Source: Lama glama
Taxonomy: Eukaryota
Reading direction: 5' to 3'
Length of the DNA: 64,000 bases
Assembly (NCBI GenBank): GCA_028534125.1
Contig: CM052816.1
Span: forward strand, 46,440,001-46,504,000
The position numbers were made by a program, and so were the translations under genes. Each line of letters opens with the position of its first letter. The first letter of the stretch is position 1. Shown one piece after another: positions 53,801-64,000 of the stretch. The notes beneath the pieces are model-generated. The model searched no databases. It was not told the origin of the DNA and saw nothing but the letters and a program-made list of their open reading frames with translations.

Positions 53801-55249
53801 CAAACCCTTCATTGCTACACTGGCGAAGCAGGCACTCCTTTCCCACTCCCTAAGTCGAGGTTTAGTCTTGTCTCTCCTTTGACTTTGGGTAAAATCTCAC
53901 ATTCTATGCTGACGTTCTCCTGAAGTACATCTGAGTGGGGCCTATCCTGCTTCCAGATATGGCCTGAAACCCAGAATTTCAGAGACTTGAGGAAAGTCTA
54001 TTCATATTCATCTTCATTTCTACAAATAAAGCGCTAGGCGCACACTCAGAGTCCTAGTGTTCCCCCAAAACACCTGTGCAAATTAAACTCTAGTGAAGAT
54101 CTCTAAATACATTCATTCCAAAGGTGTTTCCTGGAGTCAAGAAAAGTAAGGCTTATTCTAGCTTTTCTAGCTTTCTCTTGTATTTTCCTTTTTAATATTT
54201 AGTGGCTTTTAGTGGGCATAGTGGGGAAAAGTGTGTGTGTGTGTATTCTTTCTAACTCTTGTCTATAAAGTTGATATATTTATTACTTTGGTTGGAGTAT
54301 CTTGCTTTGCTATAAAAAAAAATCTATGATCATTAAAAACTAATTGCTATGCAGACTATGGTATTCATCTTGGCCTTTTCTGTTCTTTCATTTTCTGTCC
54401 CCTTCCCCTTACATGTTTAAGGATTCCTTCCTTCCTTCCTTTGCTAAACGGATCATAATTAGAGATTTACATCCAGCACATATACAAAAGAATTTTTCGT
54501 CAGTAGGCTTCATATGCACATTTTTCCTGTATCTAAAACATCATTCACTTTAGTCTCTGCAGTGCACAAGGTGTTACTCGGAAAAGGATTTTTCTCAGAT
54601 TATCCAAAGCCTTGTTCATTTATCAAACCACTGTCCACACTTTGCAAAATGAATAGCAAATGGCCCCCATTCATTTTGAACTGATAACTTGGACTAAAAG
54701 TCACTGACTTCAATGTTAAAAGGCATGGAAAATTCCCACACTCCACCACAAAACCCTGGCCTGAGAGATTTGTTTCAATGTTCACAGGAAGCCATAAATT
54801 GTAGAATACATTCTGCCCCACTGACCATAATTTGTAATGGAATAATATAAGGTTTACACAGCTCTATTCTCCCAAAAAGCATCTTGAGGATGCATAAGGC
54901 ATCTAAAATCCTTAACAAGAAAAATGTATTTTCCCCTGACACAAAAGGCATAGTGCCACTAGGTACCAATAGTTATATTTCCAGAGAGTGAGAGAAAATA
55001 ACAGAGTGAGAAAGCAAGAGTCAGGGTTGATTTGTGGATTGAGGAAAGCTGATAAGCTACAGTGTAGTTGCAATAACTTGCCCGTAATTTTTTTTTTTTG
55101 ACAACTGTCTTTCAAACATATATCAGAGTAAATTTCCCCAAGAATACATACTGCTCTAGAGTATCTTTGAGATATAATCCTGGCTGGAGAAAACAGAAAG
55201 GGTTATACATATCAGAATAGAGTTTTTTGTTTGTACACATAAGAAGTGT

Positions 55250-55940
55250 ACCATTACCCATCCAATTCCCTTGTTAAAAATTCTGGGACCTTCTTTTATC
55301 TCTACTCTCAACCCTACCCTATAAGCGATAGTTAAATCTTTATGTCTATCACCATAATTTCACTCTTAACTTTTCATTTCCTTCCAACTCATCTCCATCT
55401 GGCCTGGCAAAGACTCTCATCATCTTTCATAACCTCCTAACAGAATTCCCTGTTCCAGCCTGCATCCATGAGTGATTTTCTTAAAACAAAATGCTGATCA
55501 TGTCACTCAAAGTTAAAATTTTCTGATGGCTTCCAATTGCCTATAGGGCCAATTGAATCTCCTCAGAAATGGGAAACATCACCCTCAGCTATCCAGCCTT
55601 TACATCTTTTCTTGCTGGACCCACATCTAGCAAGACTCCTCTCCCACTGTCCCTCCCCTCACCCTTGCCTCTTCCCCTTCTGCAGAGGTACAGTATATTC
55701 TTCTACTTCTACTTTACCCATTGTCTAAAATGTACCCATCTCCCTCAAACTGCTTTATTTGATCAATTACTACTTTATTTATATACCAACTATTACATTT
55801 ATTGAATTGCATATAACTGTTTATTCCCCCTCAAGAGGAAGAATTCTTCAAAGTTACAACATCTGTCTAAACCATCTCTGGATTTTATTGCTTATAAATC
55901 TCAGAACATAGTAATGTTCAATAAAATTTTTTGGAGTAAA
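55250..55940 (+). mobile_element. L2 3' portion
   Basis: gtgattttcttaaaacaaaatgctgatcatgtcactc..gatggcttccaattgcctatagg..acatagtaatgttcaataaa. Confidence 0.8.
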
Positions 55941-58900
55941 CAGAAAATAAAATCCATGTTTAAGAACTATGATTTTTTTGAACATTAGACAACTAATCTT
56001 TGAAATCCTCACCCTTTTCACCTCTCTCACCTCAACTGTCTCTCCACTTTTCTCAGAACATAGTCCCTGGAAGGATGTTCCACTACCACCAAGCTTTCAC
56101 TCTCACCATGGCTAGCTGAATACTATCGTCAAGGTCCTGAAATATTCCCCAGTTACCTTTATGCCCTGAGATTTCTTTCCCTATAAGGATGCAAACTGCA
56201 CATTAATCAAGTATTTGCTATATCCCATTGGTATTTAAAATTTCCATCTCTACAAAGAAGAAATAGAACCTCTTTCTTTCTATTGGTATTGATCCATAAG
56301 CTAAAGAATGGTCATTTGTAGATAAGCATCTATCTCCAAAAATCTCTAATTATAGAATCACCCAAGTGTAAGGAAAATGTCAAGACACTTTTAGGAAGAG
56401 CAATTTGGCAAGTTTTTAATTACAATAAGCCAATTAAACAAAACAATAATCATTAGAAAACACCCATGTAATAATCAGGTCTTGAGATGATTTTGTTCTG
56501 ATGACTTTTACAAGTGGAGAGGCAGCCAAAGGGGCTTTGACGTTGACAGTTTTACTTATTTCAAGTATCAGGAGTCATATCAATTAATCGATAGCCTAAT
56601 AGGTTTAGATTACTTGAATTGCTCTTTTCATATTCTAATCAGCCTGCCTATAAAGAGACCATTTCTACTTACAGGCTCCACTACATACAAAGATAATTAA
56701 TATCATGCAACTCATTCCATTTGAGGTATTAAGTCCATTCTATATTTTTAAATAGCAGGACCACACTGGATTCCATTGTCTTAAAGCAAGACTACTACCC
56801 TGCTCTGCCAGATGCTTTTTTTTTTCCCAACTCAGGAAGACATTTCTTCAATGATAAACAGGAACATCAGTCACCCTGATCACTTCCTTTTCCTCATTTA
56901 CCTTTGTAAGAGATCTGTCAGACACTCTATAATCCAGTGTGTTTCAAAGTCATCTGTAAATTCATTTCCTTTCTTATAAGATAATATCCACTCAATCTGG
57001 TTAAAGTCAGAGGTTGAATTTTTTCATTTCTCTTTTTGGTCATTTTAAAGCATGCATACTGTGGTCTTTACTACATATTACAGTTTCACTAACACCAAAC
57101 CACTTTTCAATTTTCAGAAAATATCCCTCTTTCAAGGACAGGGTTGAAATGCATATAAATGTGAATACTTGAAAAGCAGACTGGAAAACTACAGATTTTT
57201 TACTTGAAATCTTCATTTTCTCAGAAGCCTGAAGTACTTTGTACCTCACAAATTCTGAAATGTAGTCATTGAAGTTAATTAATGGCCACAACTGGTTAGC
57301 TTCCAGGGTCTATGTACCATCCTGCCCTTCCCCAGCCCTGCCCCCTAAGCTGACTGTGGTAAGGGCAACCACAGATGCCATCCACTCCCAGGCCCCACAC
57401 CCTTCTACCGCTCTGCAGTTCAAACTACGATCAGCAACTAAAATTACCATGAGGCTTTTCTTTTTCTTTCCTTTTTCTTTTGAGTCATGTAAAACTGAGT
57501 AAACCTGTAAATGAACAAAAGAAGGAAACTTTTCCCTTTTTTACTTGGTTGTTGTACAACTATGTGTGTTTGTAATTCTGCTTTCTTTATTGTGATGAGT
57601 TTAAAAATGAGATCAATTTGCTGACGTGCCATCTCTGTTCTAAATACTGTATTAAACTCTGAAATTATACCTAACAGTCATAAGCAGAGTAAGGGTTTGG
57701 TTTTTTGTTTGTTTGTTTTTGTTTTTTAAGATCCAGAGGAATTTATTACCAGTTCTCATTTACACCTATAAAGATTTAGAATTTCTTCTAAGGATTGATC
57801 CTAAAACTCTTCTGCAAAAGTTTTGGTTGTCATGTCAACGTGCTTTCTCCTTCACATACTATACAATAAGCTTAACTGAACTCTGAATTAAGTTAATTGC
57901 CATGATTAAATTGTTTTATACAACAAAACTTATAAATGAGTTTATAATGGGAGATCATCCAAAACAAAATATGAAATAAGTTAAAAATCAATGGAAGGTG
58001 TTTTAGCACATTTTCTGTGACCTAGTCACTAGGTAACAAATATTTCAAGGAGATTTATATAGCAGACATGTAACTGGAATAAACACCAATATAGCATAAT
58101 TTTGCTTTATAAAAGTTGAATAATGGTATTATAATACTTTGCTATGAAGAATAGCTTTTCTAGGAAAGGCAGATTATTTTTCCATTTATATAAATAATAT
58201 GAAAAACATAATAAAAATATTGAGAAATTGGCCAAGACAAATATGTGTTACATGAGCTATGCCCCTACAGCAATAATATGTAGCTATGCCCAGGTATAGC
58301 TAAATCAGACCAATTGTTTCCCTCTTTCATTTTACCTCAAATTTTGTTTTTGATAGTTAGTTTCTGCCATACAAAGGAGACTTGTCCAGGAAAGAAAAAA
58401 AAAACCAGTAATTTTGCCACAATGCCTTATTTTTCATACCTCCTCTATAGATAATAAATTTTCTAAAAAACAATGTATTTGTTCCAAGCAGTTTAGAAAA
58501 GCTTGAATCTAAAAACATTTGCTTCTTTTATACCAAGTCTAAAAGTATCATTTCATATGCCATGATTCTGAAGCCAAAGATTATACTCTTTCATTCTGCC
58601 CAGAATGAATTAGGGGTAGCTATGTACATACTGATCAATTTAAACTTGTTAGTTCAAAGTCTTTCCACAGCTAAATGTCAAGCCAAAAGTTTTATTAGCA
58701 GGTGAAAACACAAGCCATGAATCCTTCTGAAAACCTACAGACATTCTTGTGTGACTAAGTCACATAACTCAGATGCAAACAACTCAAGAAAACTGAAGTA
58801 TTTTGTGATTCTTCTTTTACAGCTATCTAGGAGAATCTATAAAAGAATTTACAGATTTTTGAAAAATAAACTTGAATAATTCATTTGGGATAACAAATTA

Positions 58901-61900
58901 TTCTCAATGTTCAAGTCAAAAAAACTGATAACAAAGAGTTGCAATAGTGAAATCTTAACAATTCACTGTAGAGAACAGAACACGTGTGCTTTGTAGATAT
59001 TCTCCCTAAGTTTCTCACATGAGAGGTGCCAAACAATGCCTGCACAAAGATGGGGACTATAACAGTTGAGCCCCTAAGGCCAAGTCTGTCACTAAAGGAT
59101 AACCTGATAGGAAATCAAACTCAAAAGGTCTTCCTATCTTAAAACATATTTTAAATCTGACAATAAACCCACCTTCTTGGTTCCTTTTCCTTAAAAGTCA
59201 TAGAAGAAGGATCACCTCTTTCTATCACTACAGTTGCTGATCAGATTTCACGTGTTAATTTTGAGAGGGAAGCCTGTCATACTCTATTATTTTTCCTATT
59301 TCAGCTTTATTTGTGTGGCATTGTTTCTGGTTACACACACACACAAATCCACCAATAATTTCTTATACTGCTCCCATAATATCAACAAAAGTCTGAGACA
59401 ATTAAAAGCCATAGATAATCCCAAATCTCAGTTTTTATCTTTCCAAATCAAATATTTTCTTAAAATAGCTAAATATTAACTAAACTAAGCCATTTGTGGT
59501 TGATTTTATTTCTTCATTTTCTCTCTGGTACTATAAGAAGGTAAAATGTCAACAGGGTGGCCAACCAGAGAATGGTAGCTAAAAATTTCACAAATTAGAC
59601 ATCATTCTGTAAATAATAGTTTATTTCACTCCATTACATTGCATATCTTTTTAATATATTTCTACCAACTGGTTATAAGAGTTTGGAAAGTGTAAAAACC
59701 ATGTAGAATAGCTACTATCTTAGAAAAATCACTTGCTAATGTTTCAAAGGTCACTAACTCTTTAGTAACAATTGTTTTCTAGGACTTATCAATAATTTTT
59801 GCATCAAGCTAATAGATTTTGTAATTCTTTACCAAAATTATTTCTAACATATTAAATTAAAATTTTATTATGCAACAGTATACCTTTACAGATGTGTCCA
59901 GAAAAAGTTAAAAAATATTTTTTAAAAAAATGGCCTCATCTAAGGCTCAACTAAGTAGAGCACATGGCATCTAATTTTTTTATTGCTATTCTGTTATGAT
60001 TTCAGATCTAAAATATGTTTTACTTATGCATCAAATTATATCACTGTCAATGGAGAGTATAAGCCCAAATCCCCAGAAAACAAGTGTTTAATAACCACTA
60101 TCTCAGTAAAATCCATTAGCACACTGTCTACTTCAAACCTTTGTAAAACAACTGATCCTTTCTCATGCCCAATGTTCCATTTTTTATATAGTTAAACTTC
60201 AAGGTATTTTGCTAAAGCAAAATAACTTTCTTAACCTGAAACAATGTCTTAACAATTGTAGAAAGGACCAATTTAACCTCCTTGCAAATTCTAGAAGAAC
60301 TCATACCATCTGGCCTTCAAGGCTGAACTAAAGCCTAATTGTGGTGCGATGGTTGAAAAGTTATAAAGGTGGTCCAATAAGACAAATTTGAATATCGCTG
60401 GATCAAAAATATCTTCCAATATCAGGTTTATAATTCAAACTGGAAATATGTATAGTTCAAATTTAAATATGGTTCATTAGTATTAATAAGTCATATGAAT
60501 ATTCTGAGATTTTAAAATATGAAATTTAGAAATATCTATCATATAAATCTGAATATTATTTAAAAATTATACTTAAAATATAGAGAATAAACAAAGAAAT
60601 AAAGAAACAAAACTCCTCTTCATGAGACACTGACAATAGTATACATCTCTTATGATGCTGAGGGAGAATTAATTCTTTCAAATTACTGTTTCATAATATT
60701 CTATGAGATTGATTTTTTCTTTCATAAAAATCCAAAATTTTTATTGGAAAAATTCTGCTAACATAAGAACTGACCATATAAACAATTTTAGACCTTTTTG
60801 GAATAAGACAATATGCATGAATTAAGAATCAGAATCCTACAAATGTAAGCTCAAGACAAGTAATAAATTAGCAAAAACAGTTCATATTGGAAAGGCTCTA
60901 ATACTTCTCATTTCATCCAGCTCATCTCCAAGAACTATCACACAACTATTCTAAGCTACCATATGGCCTTATGTGCTGTATATATATTTATTAAGCACTT
61001 CATTCTTTTGAGCATTAGTAGGAGCTAAAGTTGTCTAAAGATATATTACTTAGATATTCCAAATAAAGATAAGGAAAAAATATCTTTTAATAACAAAAAT
61101 CACTTCCCATGCATATGAATTTTTCTAGACTATAAACAATGAAAATACATAAATGCTTTAGCAATCTCCAAACATTAAACATTACTGTTCATCTTTGTTG
61201 CTTTCCTTCTTGGAAATACAAAATCACTGCAATAAAAAAGCAAAATCTGCTTTATTTTGGTGGTTCTTGCTCTAGTGTTAAACTTAAGAGTTTTTAACAT
61301 ATAAATTGTCTTCTCTTTTGTCAGAAACCAACTATATGCTTTAGATAATAAAAAGTGTCCATTTAAAGAATTTTGTCAAAGTAGGCAAAATAAAAAAAAA
61401 CACTTTAAAATTTATTGATATAATGTGTTCCATATTGAAAGCAGCAAATGAACAGAAATCTGTTTATCCAACAGTGTGAACACACAAGTGCCATTAACAC
61501 TGAAGCAAGCTATATATCCTAGCCTTGAGAATTCAAAGGGTCTGCCTTCTCAATAAATACTTTTCCTTTTATTGTCATTCATATCCAGAAATTACCAATG
61601 CACCTTGGTACAAGCACTCTCTTGTTTGCAATCTTCTGTGATATGAAATTGTTTCAAGACACTCTTTTAATATTTGGTACCCATTTTTAACAAGGTGCTT
61701 CTGGTTATGTGAAAGGAACATAGCAAGACACTGAATTCTTAGGAATGAAGACTTTGGAGTCCTAAGAGACAGTATTTTTAAGTTATGTGGACCAGAATAA
61801 ATAAATCTGTGTCAAAATATACAATAGCAGATAAAATCCTAATCAGTAAACACATTTCATTTAAGAAACTTGTGACTCACCACACCCTATTTGTTCCAAT

Positions 61901-62978
61901 GCTTCTTTGTAGGCATAGGAAGAGAAAGTATATTTCTATTCAGAAATTGAATTTTATAAAAGAGCAATGTGAAGGAACATCTTTCTACTTCACATTATAG
62001 ATTGCATATTTAATTACTTAATGTATAAATAATTTAAGTTTGAATTGGACTTGAACTTTTCATTTCCTAGAACTTTGAGATATATGACCAAGGGAAGTCT
62101 GACCATTGAATTAATCCATTTCTCTAAAAATCAATGTACCAGAACCTGGTTCAGATCTAGAAAGGGTCGGCTCCACGAGTTTAAATCCTACCACTGATTA
62201 GAGGTTTTCAATTAGAGAACTCCCTAATAGCTATGGATTCCTTAAATTTTCTCCAGTTAGGGGTAATTTTCAGTCAGGTATTCAAGGCAGAATACTAAGT
62301 ATATCGTCAGAAAAGCAGAAGTTATGATAGAATAATTAGAAATGTTTTCATTTACTCTTGCTACAACTCCTGCAAGACATTAGGATTTAGTTATTACTTA
62401 TAGCTCCCTTGCCAACTTTCATTCTCTAAGACTGTGGTAGTCTTTGTACTGCTCAGAGATACTCATTAGGTCAGAAAAACAATGTCCTGAAAATTTTTTA
62501 AAAGACATGACCGCAACTGAAGATGTGCTTGAGGTGCAGGAGAAAATGGGTTTCAGTGTTGCCTAGCCAGAAATGACAAACAGGATACGGGTTGGCTCCT
62601 TCCTCTAATTTCTTTATACTGTCTTTTTGATAGGAAAAATCAGAAAGGAGAGCTTTGAAAAAAACAATTAGCTGGGTTGAGAATGACAACTGGTTTGTAT
62701 GATGTTCTCAGCAACCTCTTGACCCAATGGCGGTGTTACATCTGGTTTAGAGGTGGACATTTGTGGCTTGAATGATTCACCAAAATACGGCTGCTTCAAG
62801 AGGAGAAAAGCAACCTTTGTATAACGTTTTTCAACTTTTTCTTTACAGGGCAGAGTACTTCTGGCTTTAGCCACTTTTTTTGTGTTGGTCAGATTTTTTA
62901 TTTTTCCACTCTCAAAAATCACTGTAAGTAGACCATAGTCACTGAAGTCAGAGATCAAGGATCGTATCTATAAAATCT

Positions 62979-63222
62979 GGCAGAAAATATAGTACATAAA
63001 AGCATAGACTCTGTATCAGACCATCTCAGTTAGAATTTAGTTCCACCAGTAACCCTGGAAAAATTGTATAACCTTCAGTTTATTTATCTGTAAACTGTGC
63101 CTAATGCAAGTCTTGGGATGATTAAATAGGTCGGTACATATAAAGCATTCCAAATGGACCCTGACATATAGTAGACACTATATAAATGATTTAGTATCAT
63201 CATTATCATTGTCATCATCATT
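62979..63222 (+). mobile_element. MIR SINE with (ATC)n tail
   Basis: aagcatagactctgtatcagac..ttcagtttatttatctgtaaa..gatgattaaat..tataaagca..cctgacatatagtagacact. Confidence 0.8.
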
Positions 63223-64000
63223 AAGTAATTTTCTCAGAAGTTAAAACTAAATAATATATATCTAATAGATTATCACATAATCTAGTTGGCCAATAGCAAT
63301 ACAACATTTTCAAAATTACCCTATTTTAAATAATTTTTTTCTATTTCAAATACTTTTGTTGATCCAAATGATGCACATATATCTAAAAGGACAAGCAATG
63401 TTAACACCTTAAACAGTATTTTAAAAAATACTGAATACCTTTCTGAAGCTTTGGATCACAGTTGTCATGGTCATTTTTACTTATTTTGGTCCTATTTTTT
63501 TTAACCTAGTGATTAGTGAACTTTTTCGTGAAGGAAGTTTTATTGGCTTTTAAAAGTCAGATTGGGAATAAGAAGAAAAACAGTTTCTGCTTGTCATTAG
63601 CAATAATTTAAGCAAACAAGTATGCTTGATAGAAATACCTAATTTTTTTATTGTGAACACAAGTGTCAGCAAAATTCACAACTTGCTTTAGAACAGCTTA
63701 GAGCAGAGTGTTCCTTGAAATCTAGCTTTGGCATTTGTCGAAATTGTCAGTACTTAAGTAGCCTTTAAGACTTTGTTTAAAGATGTCACTCTGGGAAGAC
63801 ACTTACCCTAAAACGTATGATGAAGCCCAGCTGGGGGAAAGATGGGTGATCATATGCATCCTAGTAAGGGATAACTAAATAAGAACTGTCCCCAGCCATG
63901 CTTCAAAATTCTCAAAAGGTCTCTGGAAAGAGATAATTTAAATATTCTCTTGTGTGGGGTCATTTTTAATTTTATTGTGCTGTCTTTTATAAGATATGCA

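Noticed and set aside
55899..56064. 14-bp direct repeat tctcagaacatagt
   Set aside because: The first copy is part of the L2 tail and there are no insertion hallmarks.
56901..56952. Exon-like DFETHWIIECLTDLLQ on the minus strand (coordinates approximate), and similar candidates near 37520-37610 and 60307-60420
   Set aside because: Weak or ambiguous splice sites and unrecognised peptides; many such candidates are expected by chance.
347..62958. ORF-track ORFs as protein-coding genes
   Set aside because: All are 110 aa or shorter, many begin at non-ATG codons or lie in repeats, and none resembles a known host protein. This is expected background.
1..64000. CRISPR arrays, rRNA, tRNA, snRNA, NUMT, CpG-island promoter
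   Set aside because: No repeat-spacer array or recognisable RNA-gene or mitochondrial sequence seen; CpG is depleted throughout.

Overview
AT-rich, CpG-depleted mammalian non-coding DNA (large intron or intergenic). There is no CpG island, no long ORF and no protein-coding exon I can recognise; every ORF in the track is 110 aa or shorter. The only ORF with a recognisable protein is a decayed L1 ORF2 remnant (34896-35189). Interspersed repeats are mostly ancient (MIR, L2, MER58A, MER5, hAT-Charlie, MLT1, L1MB/L1MC), plus a younger cetartiodactyl-type L1 3' end. I saw no Alu, B1/B2, CanSINE, PRE-1, Bov-tA/Bov-A2 or CHR SINEs, which tentatively suggests a camelid. Repeat calls come from my memory of consensus sequences, not from a database search. 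The best leads are a perfect 24-bp hairpin with a template-switch signature (32681-32740), a hammerhead-ribozyme-like core lacking stem II (13216-13257), a ~27-bp micro-L1 insertion with TSD (28720-28758) and several unproven splice-site-bounded exon candidates. I cannot establish a novel biological system here; all leads need orthologue or RNA data.
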